From Gammaproteobacteria bacterium (GTDB lineage Bacteria > Pseudomonadota > Gammaproteobacteria > CAISUE01), in contig JAJNBD010000002.1 in NCBI GenBank assembly GCA_021156105.1, positions 198,416 to 262,415 on the forward strand: a stretch of 64,000 nt of DNA. The letters are read 5' to 3'. The notes below the pieces were generated by a model. The model was not told the DNA's origin and ran no database searches. It saw only the letters and a program-made list of their open reading frames with translations. Both the position numbers and the translations under genes were made by a program. Shown piece by piece: positions 51,051-62,426 of this stretch (position 1 is the first letter of the stretch; every line of letters begins with the position of its first letter).

Positions 51051-52538
51051 ATGAAAAAGAAAATTTTATATTTAGCGTTATATTGCTTGGCAAATTCAGC
51101 GCTAGCTGAAAATCTAGAAGATGTTTATCAGCTTGCAATTAAGAATGACCAAACTTTTCAAAACGCGACAGCTACGCGCCAAGCCGCGGCGGAAGCGCTA
51201 CCTCAGGCAATGTCTGTGTTATTTCCGCAAATTAGTGGGCTGGCAAACACAACAATGAATCGTACTGATACTGAAGGGGCTTCTGCAGTAGTACAGGCTG
51301 GTCTACAGAAATATAATAGTCATGGTTACACATTAAACCTGTCCATGCCTTTGATTGATTTTACTAATTGGTATGGCATCAGCCAGGCAAAATCTAGTGT
51401 TAAAGCTGCAGATGCGACATATGCAGACGCTGCACAAAGCTTGATTATACGGACTTCGCAAGCTTATTTTAATGTACTGCAAGCCGAACAAAATCTCTAT
51501 TTTGCACGCTCACAAAAAGAGTTGTTGGCGAAACAATTGGCTCAATCTAAAGCTCGCTATGAAGTTGGTGTCGACGCGTTAACCAGTGTTTATAACGTAC
51601 AAGCACAGTATGATGCCGCTGTTGCCACTGAGATTGCTAATGCTAATTCGTTGTTTACCGCTTATCAAAATTTAAATGTTATTACAGGCAAGCCGATTGA
51701 TCATTTATCTCGTTTGGTTGATGATTTACCTTTGTTAACGCCAAACCCTAACAATATTTCAGCTTGGGAAAAGGCTGCGGAAGACCGCAACTTTTCCTTG
51801 CTCTCATTGCGCTACACAGCAACATCCCAGCTAGCAGCCATCAAAGTTGCACAATCTGGGCATTTGCCTTCTTTAAGTGCAGTAGACACTTATCAATATG
51901 CTCAGACGAGTGTTAATGGTTTTAGCCCTGGTCAGCAATCAACAACGACAACATCCAGCGTTGGTTTGCAAGTCAACGTCCCATTGTTTTCTGGCGGAAG
52001 CGTGCTTTCCCAGACCCGTCAAGCGCAAGCACAATATGTGCAAGCACAAACAAGCTTGGAGTTACAACACCGTACCGTTATTGCACAGGTTTACCAAACG
52101 TATACCAGTATTTTAGCTGGTATAAGCAAAATTAATGCGGATCGCGCGGCCATTAAATCTGCGAATAGCGCGCTTGCGAGTAACCAAGCGGCTTATCAAG
52201 CAGGGACAATGACGATTGTCGATGTGTTAACAGCAGTAACCAATTTATATAATGCTCAACAAGCATTAGTAACCGATGAATATAGTTACTTAATGAACAC
52301 GCTGACGTTAAAACAATTAGCAGGAAATTTAACGAATCTGGATGTTGCTGCAATTAATAAGTGGTTAACTAATGGAACAACGACATCATCGTCAGCGACG
52401 ATAGTAAACCAGCAAGCGTTAGCAGATAAGATTAAGGCATCTGCAACAAACAGTCCTCTTGCTAACCAACCTAATATAAAAGCTGCGCCTGTTAACCATG
52501 CATCAAGGCCAGTCAACTCTACAGTAAAAACAAGCTAA
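51051..52538 (+). CDS. tolC: TolC-family outer membrane channel with Ser/Thr-rich C-terminal extension
   Basis: Signal peptide; two TolC repeat halves; 495 aa. Confidence 0.75.
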   Translation: MKKKILYLALYCLANSALAENLEDVYQLAIKNDQTFQNATATRQAAAEALPQAMSVLFPQISGLANTTMNRTDTEGASAVVQAGLQKYNSHGYTLNLSMPLIDFTNWYGISQAKSSVKAADATYADAAQSLIIRTSQAYFNVLQAEQNLYFARSQKELLAKQLAQSKARYEVGVDALTSVYNVQAQYDAAVATEIANANSLFTAYQNLNVITGKPIDHLSRLVDDLPLLTPNPNNISAWEKAAEDRNFSLLSLRYTATSQLAAIKVAQSGHLPSLSAVDTYQYAQTSVNGFSPGQQSTTTTSSVGLQVNVPLFSGGSVLSQTRQAQAQYVQAQTSLELQHRTVIAQVYQTYTSILAGISKINADRAAIKSANSALASNQAAYQAGTMTIVDVLTAVTNLYNAQQALVTDEYSYLMNTLTLKQLAGNLTNLDVAAINKWLTNGTTTSSSATIVNQQALADKIKASATNSPLANQPNIKAAPVNHASRPVNSTVKTS

Positions 52539-53579
<1,041 letters not shown>

Positions 53580-53615
53580 ACCGCTGAGACTTTTGCTACC
53601 AGCGGTAAAGTGTCA

Positions 53616-54428
53616 TTAAAAATAAACTTTACCGGCCATGTAAATGGCTAGGCTTATTAGCAAAAGGCAAAAGAGGTTTTTCAATAAAGCAGCTGGCAAT
53701 TTTTGCCGTAACTTAACAGCAAACATTGAAACGCAGAGGCTGATGAAGCCAAGTGTAAAACTGGGGATGACGTCAATAAATCCCCAGGTCTTTATAGCAA
53801 AGAATCCTTGTTTTGCCCCAAGTACAACAAAGCCTAATGCCATAAATGGCAAAACAAATGCACCACTGCGGATAATAAGGGAAACGCCTGTATTTAAGTT
53901 GATACCCATTCTTTGTAATATCGGTAAAACAAATGCACCGCCACCAACGCCTGTCAGCGTTCCAAGCATATTAGCAATGCCAGAAAAGATAAAAAAAATG
54001 GGTGTGCGATTCAAGAAGGCAACGTTTTTTTCAGAAGCAGGTGGCAAATATAACGTTAATGCTGTTAATAAGAGCACGCTAGCAAATACAAGCTTAAGTG
54101 TGTTGCCAGAAAAAATCGCAGCTAACATCATCGCGGGTACGACAAATATGATACCGGAAAAATTATTAATCCAGAGAATTTTTTTAGGAATCGCAGTTTT
54201 GTTTTTTAATTCGCGATAAAACGCCCCCAAAAAACAAATTGCAGAAACAGCGATGGAAGAGCCAATGGCGAAATGCATATGCGTGTAAGAAGGTAGATTT
54301 GAATAATGCTCAATAATGAATAGCATTGCCGGTACGCTAAATACGCCTGTGCCACCGCCAAATAAACCTGCGCACATGCCAATAGCAATGCCGCTCAGGA
54401 TGAAAATTAAAATCTCGGTTGTCATCAT
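53616..54428 (-). CDS. TauE/SafE (TSUP) family permease
   Basis: 270 aa, 8 TM with Gly-rich TSUP repeats. Confidence 0.7.
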   Translation of the reverse strand: MMTTEILIFILSGIAIGMCAGLFGGGTGVFSVPAMLFIIEHYSNLPSYTHMHFAIGSSIAVSAICFLGAFYRELKNKTAIPKKILWINNFSGIIFVVPAMMLAAIFSGNTLKLVFASVLLLTALTLYLPPASEKNVAFLNRTPIFFIFSGIANMLGTLTGVGGGAFVLPILQRMGINLNTGVSLIIRSGAFVLPFMALGFVVLGAKQGFFAIKTWGFIDVIPSFTLGFISLCVSMFAVKLRQKLPAALLKNLFCLLLISLAIYMAGKVYF

Positions 54429-54482
54429 TACTTCCTTGAAATCACTATAAACTTGCCAGCAGGCTGCGCTGCGGTATATGCC

Positions 54483-56474
54483 TTACATTAAGCCATAACT
54501 TTTTAATAACGCTTGCAAATCAGGCTCGCGGCCACGGAAATTCTTAAATAAGACATCCGCGTTTTCTGCGCCACCTTTTTCTAAGACGTGGGTTCTAAAT
54601 TGCCTACCAATCTCATTAGAAAATATACCTTTCTCTTCGAATAAAGAAAAGGCATCAGCAGATAGCACCTCTGCCCAAAGATAGCTGTAGTAACCTGAAG
54701 CATAACCACCAGCAAAGATATGTGCAAAGCTATGTTGAAAGCGATTAAATGGACTAACCGGAACAACGGTGACTTCTTGGCGAACGTAATCTAAAGTTTG
54801 CTGAATTTGCTCGGGGCCTTGGTTTGGATCAAATTTCCAATGCAAACCTAAATCAAATAAAGCAAACTCTAATTGTCGAACAAGGAATAAACCGGATAGG
54901 AAATTTTTGCTTTTTAACAATTGCTCTAAAAGCACAGCTGGCAATTTTTCTTGCGTTTGAAAATGCTGACTAAGAAGATTTAAAGCTTCTGCTTGCCAAC
55001 ACCAGTTTTCCATAATTTGGCTGGGCAATTCTACAGCATCCCATTCAACATGGGTGCCACTTAAGCCGCGGACTTCTACCTGGGTTAGCATATGATGTAG
55101 GCCATGGCCAAATTCATGGAATAAGGTTACTACTTCATCGTGTGTAAGTAGGGCTTCACCTTGCACCGGTGGGGTAAAGTTACAAACTAAAAATGCAATT
55201 GGCTTTTGATCACGTGCTTTCCAAAAGCTTTGCGCATCATCCATCCAGGCGCCACCTTGTTTTTTGCTGCGTGCGTAAAGATCGCAATAAAAGTGGGCAA
55301 TAGTGTTACCATGCAGATCTTGTACCTCAAAGGATTTTACATCGGGATGCCATTGGGGTAACGCGGCTGGTTTAAAACGGATAGAATATAATTTTTCTGC
55401 AATGCTAAATAAGCCTTGTAGAACGATAGATAATGGGAAATAAGGACGTAAAGTTTCATCATCAAATTGCAGGTTTTTTTGTTTTAGCTTTTCACTTAAG
55501 AAAGTTACATCCCAAGGTTCTACGGTTTTAATCCCAAGGGTCTTTGCAAATTCGACTAAAGTGGCGAATTCTTTTTCCGCAAAAGGTTTGGCAAGCTTGA
55601 CTAAGGTTTGCAGAAAGTCATTAACTTTCTCAGGTGACTTAGCCATTTTTGTTGTTAGGGAATAACTTGCATAATCTGGAAAGCCAACAAGTTGAGCCAG
55701 TTGATGGCGTAAGGATAAAATTTCATACATGACGGGCGTGTTATCAAATTTTCCAGCATTAGGACCAATTTCAGAGGCGCGCGTCTGGTAAGCTTCATAA
55801 ACTTTTTTACGCAATTCACGGTCTTCTGCATAGGTTAAAACGGCTTGGTAAGAAGGCGCTTGTAGATTAATTAAATAACCAGTTTTGTTTGCTTCTGCTG
55901 CAAACTGTTTAAACATGGCTTGCAGATTTTCTGGGATTCCGCGTAAAGCCTCGGTGGATTCAAAGGTTAGTGACCAGGCATCAGTCGCGTCAAGCAAATG
56001 GAGTTGAAATGTATTGGCGAGTTCACTGAGCTTAATTGAGAGTTCGGCAAATGTTTTTTTCTTTTCTGGCGGCAGATCGACACCCGCCAATTTAAAATCA
56101 CGAATCCCATCTAAAATATATTTTTGCTCAGCGCAGGAGAGTTGGTGAAATTCATTGCGATGGGCAATATGCTCAAAAGCAGCAAACAGCTTTTGGTGGT
56201 GCGCGATATAGGTATGGTGGCTGCTAAGAATGGGTAAACAAGCCTCATAGGCTTTACGCAAAGACTCTTCATTCATTACGGCATTTAAATGAGCAATTGG
56301 TGTCCAAAATTTATGCAAGGCATCATCTTGCGCTTCTAGCAAGCTGATAAGCTCATGGTAATTAGGTTGAGCGTTTTCTGCTAAAAAATGTTCTAGTGTT
56401 TGGCGCTGTTCATCAGTTAATTTTTTTAATTTTTCAGGTAATTGAGAAATATTTTCGAGTTGAAAATTAAGCAT
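54483..56474 (-). CDS. prlC: M3-family oligopeptidase A / peptidyl-dipeptidase
   Basis: 663 aa; HEFGHGLHH zinc-binding HExxH plus downstream E. Confidence 0.85.
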   Translation of the reverse strand: MLNFQLENISQLPEKLKKLTDEQRQTLEHFLAENAQPNYHELISLLEAQDDALHKFWTPIAHLNAVMNEESLRKAYEACLPILSSHHTYIAHHQKLFAAFEHIAHRNEFHQLSCAEQKYILDGIRDFKLAGVDLPPEKKKTFAELSIKLSELANTFQLHLLDATDAWSLTFESTEALRGIPENLQAMFKQFAAEANKTGYLINLQAPSYQAVLTYAEDRELRKKVYEAYQTRASEIGPNAGKFDNTPVMYEILSLRHQLAQLVGFPDYASYSLTTKMAKSPEKVNDFLQTLVKLAKPFAEKEFATLVEFAKTLGIKTVEPWDVTFLSEKLKQKNLQFDDETLRPYFPLSIVLQGLFSIAEKLYSIRFKPAALPQWHPDVKSFEVQDLHGNTIAHFYCDLYARSKKQGGAWMDDAQSFWKARDQKPIAFLVCNFTPPVQGEALLTHDEVVTLFHEFGHGLHHMLTQVEVRGLSGTHVEWDAVELPSQIMENWCWQAEALNLLSQHFQTQEKLPAVLLEQLLKSKNFLSGLFLVRQLEFALFDLGLHWKFDPNQGPEQIQQTLDYVRQEVTVVPVSPFNRFQHSFAHIFAGGYASGYYSYLWAEVLSADAFSLFEEKGIFSNEIGRQFRTHVLEKGGAENADVLFKNFRGREPDLQALLKSYGLM

Positions 56475-56640
56475 AGGGTTTTATGGAGAAAGAAATGAGA
56501 GTTATAAATATTATAACACTTTTTAGTAAAGCCTTAATGGTAGCTATCATATACTTATCTGTTCAAATTCTAAATTCTAATTATTAAAAAGAGGGGTAAA
56601 TGGCGGCTGTCTTTGTAGGGTATAAAAATGGTGGATACGC

Positions 56641-56726
56641 GTTGTAGAGGGCAAAGTCGCGCTAGCGACGTTTCCATCAACGCAATGGTAAAGGCAGCCT
56701 GCATAGCGCTTTGCTCACCCTACAAT
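56641..56726. repeat. Degenerate REP doublet
   Basis: gttgtagagggcaaag...ctttgctcaccctacaa inverted pair related to the RAYT REPs. Confidence 0.35.
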
Positions 56727-57169
56727 AAATTTCCTAGCCACAGAGAAAGATTGTACTTTTTTAAGTTTTTTTTAAGCTTTTAATGTTAAGATTACACTGA
56801 AACTCAAAAAAATATTTTTTATTTACAATTTGTATGATGAAACTTTTTAACTTTAACAACTTTAAATTTAGCGATAAAACTAGCTTTAACGCTTGGCATT
56901 TTATGCGTTATTTATTTAAAGGTTTTGGTTATCAGTTAAAAAGGTTAGTACAAAATGTTAAACAACAAAATATCTCAAAAGATTTACTCTCCGGTTCTTG
57001 TTGATCCTCAACAAAAAATTCACGTTTTAAATTCATTTTTATCATTAATCCTTACTAATCTCATAGGAGTTATTATGCTGCGCGCTATTTTTATACGATT
57101 TACCTGGCGATTTTCTAATTGCAAAAAAATGAACTCGATTTTACAAAAAAAACTATTAGGAGAACCGTT

Positions 57170-58360
57170 ATGTCGAAAGAAACGAAGTCAGCGCCTACTG
57201 AAGCAAAAAAGTTATTAACCATCCTTTTACATTGTGACCCTTTGGTAGGGGACACTGCATGTCATTTACGTGCTATTCATTTATTATTCCTTTATCATCA
57301 TATCCAAAAGCAAATTCAAGCAGTAGCTTCAGAGCAGGAGGAAATTGATTTGCTTGTGAAAAAGGATTTTCTTGAAGCAAGCTTATTGTTGACGAAGGCA
57401 CAAACCTCAAAGCTTGATCCGACGGGCTTATTAATTGGTCAAAAAACTAACACTGAGATTCCAGAGCTGTCAAAACTCAGTCGGACTAAGAAAGATGCTC
57501 TAATTGCTGAAGCACGGCAAAAGGTTGCAACAGAAACTTTAGGCTTTGTAAAAAGCTATTATCAAAGTATCAAAGATTTTTTCACGGATAATTTATCCAG
57601 GTATCTACTGCAAGAAGATTTTTTATATCTTAGCTCTAAGAAGGTGCACACGCCTATTTTGCCTTTCTATTTAAGTTGTAAAATTATGCTAGATATTTTG
57701 GCGCGTGAAAAACTTTTGCTTATTGTGCATATCAAAAGGCTAGCTGCTGCCGCAGATGTTTTCGAGAGAAAATTGCTGGGTGAAGCAGTTATATATTATT
57801 GCTATGATGACACATTACAGAAATTCGTGGTGCAAGATAAAAGCACTATTGCTGATAATGCACCAGGTTTAAAAATAAATATGTATAGCTGCTTGCCAGC
57901 GTTGTCGCATGGTGTTGAAAAATGTTTTGATCAAGTAGATAGCAGTATCTTTTTTCAAGATTTTAAGCAATTAGATATTGCTAAGATAATTTTAATGTGT
58001 GCTGTAGGGCATATCCAAGTGCCAGATGCGGCGCAAGGATCTCTTCAAGAGCTAAACCAGGATTTTAATATGCTTCAAGAAGGCGATGGGGAAAGTTTAA
58101 TGCGGGTGGATAATAATATTCACCAATGCTCAAAATTAGAATTTACTAAATTTTTATTGACAGCGAAAAAATATACAGTTTTTGGTTTAGAGGCATCGAG
58201 TATAAATCCAGTGCCGCCGATTCAGGTGAACCATGTTCATCTTTCAACGGCAGGGGAAGCAGCTGCCAGGCTTGGTATATTTTCACCACCGGCAGTACTA
58301 GATGTTGTGGCAGATGACCCGTTGAGTTCTCAAATAGAAAGGGAGAAAAGATATGTTTAA
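57170..58360 (+). CDS. Hypothetical protein, first gene of a three-gene coupled operon
   Basis: ATG 57170 with ggag SD; 396 aa, no recognisable domain; stop overlaps the next start by 8 nt. Confidence 0.5.
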   Translation: MSKETKSAPTEAKKLLTILLHCDPLVGDTACHLRAIHLLFLYHHIQKQIQAVASEQEEIDLLVKKDFLEASLLLTKAQTSKLDPTGLLIGQKTNTEIPELSKLSRTKKDALIAEARQKVATETLGFVKSYYQSIKDFFTDNLSRYLLQEDFLYLSSKKVHTPILPFYLSCKIMLDILAREKLLLIVHIKRLAAAADVFERKLLGEAVIYYCYDDTLQKFVVQDKSTIADNAPGLKINMYSCLPALSHGVEKCFDQVDSSIFFQDFKQLDIAKIILMCAVGHIQVPDAAQGSLQELNQDFNMLQEGDGESLMRVDNNIHQCSKLEFTKFLLTAKKYTVFGLEASSINPVPPIQVNHVHLSTAGEAAARLGIFSPPAVLDVVADDPLSSQIEREKRYV

Positions 58361-59384
58361 ATTAACTGAAGATAAATTACCAGCTTTAGCTATTGGCGCT
58401 ACTATGCTTGGATCTGGAGGCGGGGGAAACCCTAAAATTTTATATGATCTTGTACATTATCAATTACAAAAATATGGTGCAGTTAATATTTTATCAATTG
58501 ATGAAATAAAGCCTGATCAAATTGTTGTGCCGCTAGCTTTTGTGGGCGCACCGCTCGTGAGCTTAGAAAAAATACCTAATATAAAAATTTTTGATAAGAT
58601 TTTTGCGCAACTACAAAAGCTTTTTCCAGCAAGGCAAATAGTATTGATGCCTACAGAGATCGGTGGCTGCAATGCTTTAACACCGCTTTTGATTGCAGGG
58701 AAATATCAGTTGCCTGTTTTAGACGCAGATATTATCGGTAGGGCTTTTCCTGAAATTAATATGTGTAAACCAATGGTATTAAATTGTAGCAATGATCCAA
58801 CTATTCTTGCCGACACGGCAGGAAATTTGGTGATATTACATTTAACCGAGCCTAACAAAATTGAAGAAATTGTAAGAAATGTTATCCCAAGCCTTGGTTT
58901 GAGCGCGGGTATTGCAACGTTTATTTGCAGTGGTGAGCAGGCAAAGAGCCAAGTTATTGAAGGAAGTATTTCCTTAGCGTTAAAGCTTGGCGAGGCTTGG
59001 TCATCCAATCAAAAAACACCGCTGAATTTTTTTGAGATAACAAACACAAAGCTTCTTGCGACAGGCATGATTAACGATGTGTTCTATGATTTAAGCCAGG
59101 GTTTTGTAGAAGGCTATGTCACCGTTTCTACGCTTGAAGGAATAGTAAAAGTTTTTTATCAAAATGAATTTTTACTGGTAAAGCAGGGCGATAAGGTATT
59201 GGCTGGTAGCCCGAATATTATCACTTTAATTGATGCAAAGACGGGTTTGCTTATTACGGCAGAAGCTTTGACTTATGGAATAACTGTGCTAGTTATATGC
59301 ATTCCTGCTCCTGATTTTTGGCTTACGGAGACTGCTAAACCTCATGTAGATTATAAAAATATTTGTGCTAAGGAGCTCCTATGA
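58353..59384 (+). CDS. DUF917-family protein
   Basis: 343 aa; Gly-rich MLGSGGGGNP N-terminal motif typical of DUF917. Confidence 0.55.
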   Translation: MFKLTEDKLPALAIGATMLGSGGGGNPKILYDLVHYQLQKYGAVNILSIDEIKPDQIVVPLAFVGAPLVSLEKIPNIKIFDKIFAQLQKLFPARQIVLMPTEIGGCNALTPLLIAGKYQLPVLDADIIGRAFPEINMCKPMVLNCSNDPTILADTAGNLVILHLTEPNKIEEIVRNVIPSLGLSAGIATFICSGEQAKSQVIEGSISLALKLGEAWSSNQKTPLNFFEITNTKLLATGMINDVFYDLSQGFVEGYVTVSTLEGIVKVFYQNEFLLVKQGDKVLAGSPNIITLIDAKTGLLITAEALTYGITVLVICIPAPDFWLTETAKPHVDYKNICAKELL

Positions 59385-60910
59385 AAAAATATATTTTAGG
59401 TATTGATGTTGGTGGCACGCATGTTGACTTTGTCATCGTAGACCAGCAGCAAAAAATCTATGCTTACCATAAAGAAGTTATTGGCAATTCAGCGGAAAAA
59501 ACCATATTGAATGGTATTGGTAAATTGATGCGAGAGCAAAACTTTTTACCGCAAGACTGCTCATCCGTACATCTTGGTACAACGATTGGGGTCAATAGCT
59601 TGTTAGCGTTGCAGAATGTATCTCGAGTGGGCTTGATTAGAGTTGCAGGTCATCAGCCTGATCTGTTGCCAGCTTATCAGTGGTCGGTGGCTCAGCGCGC
59701 AGCAATTTTAGCAGGTTATGAAACTATTAATGGCGGTAAAGAATTTAATAATAAATCTATTACCCGTTTTGATGTGCAAGCGCTGAAGCTTGCTGTTAAA
59801 AAGCTATTAGATGCTGGTGCTCAATCGCTTGGTATTGTAAGTGTATTTTCACCGCTCTATACAGATGAGGAGTTAAAAGCAGCAGAGATTATTTTAAATG
59901 AGTTTGGTGCTGAAATTCCTTTAACATTATCACATGAGGTTGGTGGTTTAGGATTTATTGAGCGTGAGAACAATGTTTTAATAAATGCCAGTTTAAAACA
60001 AGTAATGAGAGAAAATTTTTCATTCTTGCAAAAAGAATTGCACGAATTAGGTTTTTCATGTGAATGTTATATCACACAAAATAATGGCACTTTGCTGCAC
60101 CTTGATGAAGCAATACGTTTTCCGATTAAGACGCTTTCTTCTGGTCCAACAAATTCATTAGTTGGTGCTTGCAAGTTAGCAGGCCTTAGCGATGCGATTA
60201 TTGTAGATATCGGCGGGACTTCAACAGATATTGGTATTATTGAAAATGCCTTTCCTCGTTATTCTTCAGCGGGAGCTGTAATTGCGGGGATTGCGACCAA
60301 TTTTATGCTACCAGATGTGCATGTGTTACCGCTTGGTGGCGGTAGCATTATTGAAAAGCTTAATGGCGAATATCAAATTCAACCGGTGAGCTTAGGTGCA
60401 AAAGTTTTTCAAGAATGCAAATCAGCCGGGGGCGCATATTTGACACTATTTGATATCGGTAATATTTTGAATCATGGTAAAGCTATTGATGGTGTAAGCT
60501 GCGAATTGGCTGAAAAATTAATGCAAGAAGTTTGTGCTCGTATTAAGGCTTTAGCTCATTCTATTCCTGCTAAAACTAAGCTACCCGTTATCCTTGTTGG
60601 CGGTGGAGTGCAAAATATTCCAGAAGCATACTTGGACAAAGATTTTTACCGACCTCATTTTTATCAGGTTGCTAATGCCTATGGGGCGGCATTAGCGGAA
60701 GTAGCTTGTACGGTTGATGTTGTTCAGCCATTAATGCATGATAAAGAAAGTACTTTACAAGCGCTAGAGCAGCAAGCAATGGCTAAAGCAATTGCGCAAG
60801 GCGTCGATCCTAAGACAGTTAGGATTATTGAAAAGCGTTTATTGCCTTTCTTTTATATGCCAAATCAAATGACTAGAATTATTATTACAGCAGCCGGAAG
60901 GAAAATATAA
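59381..60910 (+). CDS. Hydantoinase/oxoprolinase-family protein (HyuA N-terminal type, ASKHA fold)
   Basis: LGIDVGGTHVD N-terminus and second phosphate-2-like DIGGTSTDIG motif; ATGA overlap with the DUF917 gene. Confidence 0.65.
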   Translation: MKKYILGIDVGGTHVDFVIVDQQQKIYAYHKEVIGNSAEKTILNGIGKLMREQNFLPQDCSSVHLGTTIGVNSLLALQNVSRVGLIRVAGHQPDLLPAYQWSVAQRAAILAGYETINGGKEFNNKSITRFDVQALKLAVKKLLDAGAQSLGIVSVFSPLYTDEELKAAEIILNEFGAEIPLTLSHEVGGLGFIERENNVLINASLKQVMRENFSFLQKELHELGFSCECYITQNNGTLLHLDEAIRFPIKTLSSGPTNSLVGACKLAGLSDAIIVDIGGTSTDIGIIENAFPRYSSAGAVIAGIATNFMLPDVHVLPLGGGSIIEKLNGEYQIQPVSLGAKVFQECKSAGGAYLTLFDIGNILNHGKAIDGVSCELAEKLMQEVCARIKALAHSIPAKTKLPVILVGGGVQNIPEAYLDKDFYRPHFYQVANAYGAALAEVACTVDVVQPLMHDKESTLQALEQQAMAKAIAQGVDPKTVRIIEKRLLPFFYMPNQMTRIIITAAGRKI

Positions 60911-60952
60911 ATCAATCCTCTCTTGCTTGTGTAAGAGAGGATTTTAAGGCTA

Positions 60953-61699
60953 TTAAGTGTTTTGAGTAAGCTGAGTTAATGTTGTAATAAACAAACTTGG
61001 GTCAGCATTAGCCACTGTGCGGTTACTAATATAATAAACTTTGCCATCTTTTATCACGATGACTGTTGGGATTTCCATGATTTTAAATGCTTGCATTAAC
61101 GCTTGATCGTTTTTGAGATCGGCTTGAAGTTCTGCGCTGTTGGCAACTTTGTCATAGTCTTCAGCTTTAACACCATTGTTTAAGAAAAAGCTGCGTAATT
61201 GTTCATCGCTATTTAAGCCAAGCAATGGGTTTTGAGCAATATCAAAAATTTTGCCATTTAAAGTTTTGTCTAACTTTAATGCATGAGAAATATGATAGGC
61301 TTTGCTTAATACATCCCAGCCTGATTCAAATGCCACAGGAACAGGCTGAAAAGTGATATAAGGTTTTGCTTTTTTATCAGGGCTTCCAAAAGGTGGCAGA
61401 ATTTTCTTGGTATTTGCTGCAACCCATTGGTCAATATAAGAATGCAGTTTGTAACAATGAGGGCAACCGAAGCTAAAAAAATCTAACACTAGAATTTGAT
61501 GCGGCAGTGTTTTTAAGTTGGCCGGTACAAGGTTCGAAGAAAGTGTTTCGTAATTGGGTTTGGTGGTTGGTGCAGGTGTAGCGGTACTGCTAGTTGCTGT
61601 TGGCTTAGCAGCTGGTGTTGTGGAGGTTTGTTGTGCTTGTGCTGTGCTTAAACTAATGGTTAAAACACAAAATAAGATTTTAATTAAAGACTTTTTCAT
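60953..61699 (-). CDS. DsbA-family thiol:disulfide oxidoreductase with Thr/Pro-rich N-terminal linker
   Basis: FFSFGCPHCYKL CxxC motif; signal peptide at the internal Met (MKKSLIKILFCV...AQA); 25 nt downstream of the icmL-like gene. Confidence 0.7.
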   Translation of the reverse strand: MKKSLIKILFCVLTISLSTAQAQQTSTTPAAKPTATSSTATPAPTTKPNYETLSSNLVPANLKTLPHQILVLDFFSFGCPHCYKLHSYIDQWVAANTKKILPPFGSPDKKAKPYITFQPVPVAFESGWDVLSKAYHISHALKLDKTLNGKIFDIAQNPLLGLNSDEQLRSFFLNNGVKAEDYDKVANSAELQADLKNDQALMQAFKIMEIPTVIVIKDGKVYYISNRTVANADPSLFITTLTQLTQNT

Positions 61700-61724
61700 A
61701 ATTTGCTCGTAATAAATAGTTTGT

Positions 61725-62426
61725 TTAACCTTGTGCAGCTTGATTAATGTTTTGTCCGGTTTCTTGGTCTGGATAGCCTTCAGCGGCAATGTAATTGGTA
61801 ATGCCAATACCGTTTGGATTGGTTAGCGTAGAAATTCGCTTAATCATCAAAGTAACAATGAGTGATTGTTGGCTATATTCGCTGGCACTTTGATAAGTGA
61901 CTAAAATAGGTATATTGACTACCCAAGTGTATACGCCATCAAGTATTGCTTCACGTAGGATGGTTGGAGCGCGAGTCGCAACAGCAGAGACCACTAACTT
62001 TTTCTCTAAAACAGCATTTAAGTTACGCGAAGCTTTTAACTCGTTAAGATAGGCTTGCCAGCCATCTGGCGTGAAATATTCAGAGGCTTTTTGCAATTGC
62101 TCACGATAATTGAAAAAGTCATAAGTGTTAACCGCGATGACAGCAGTATTTGCCCATTGGAGAAGCGCCGCTTGCGAAACATTTGGCTGATTCAAGGGAA
62201 TAAGGGGAACAAGCTTGCCGTCGGCATAAGTTGCAAAATATTTTGGTTGAGGCGGATGGCTCATGACATAAATAACTGCGCCAACTAGAATGATCAAACA
62301 TAAGATAGCAAGATTAAGCGCAACGAGTACTTTACGGTAACTATCGCGATAAAATTCGTTGCGTGCGTTGACGGCAACTAGAACTTCATCTTGTTTGGGG
62401 CTATTTGGGTTTGGGGTGTCGGTCAT
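61725..62426 (-). CDS. icmL: Dot/Icm type IVB secretion core protein IcmL/DotI-like
   Basis: 233 aa, single TM after a cytoplasmic N-terminus. The TM-proximal region (YFATYADGKLVPLIPL) is paralogous to the 100-aa gene upstream. This gene sits after an OmpA-like lipoprotein, matching icmN-icmM-icmL. Confidence 0.6.
   Translation of the reverse strand: MTDTPNPNSPKQDEVLVAVNARNEFYRDSYRKVLVALNLAILCLIILVGAVIYVMSHPPQPKYFATYADGKLVPLIPLNQPNVSQAALLQWANTAVIAVNTYDFFNYREQLQKASEYFTPDGWQAYLNELKASRNLNAVLEKKLVVSAVATRAPTILREAILDGVYTWVVNIPILVTYQSASEYSQQSLIVTLMIKRISTLTNPNGIGITNYIAAEGYPDQETGQNINQAAQG

Noticed and set aside
53644-54219. 191-aa plus-strand ORF
   Set aside because: Antisense to and fully inside the well-supported TauE/SafE permease gene
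56955-57218. 87-aa ORF in the AT-rich leader overlapping the 57170 gene start
   Set aside because: AT-rich low-complexity sequence with no SD; more likely a regulatory leader
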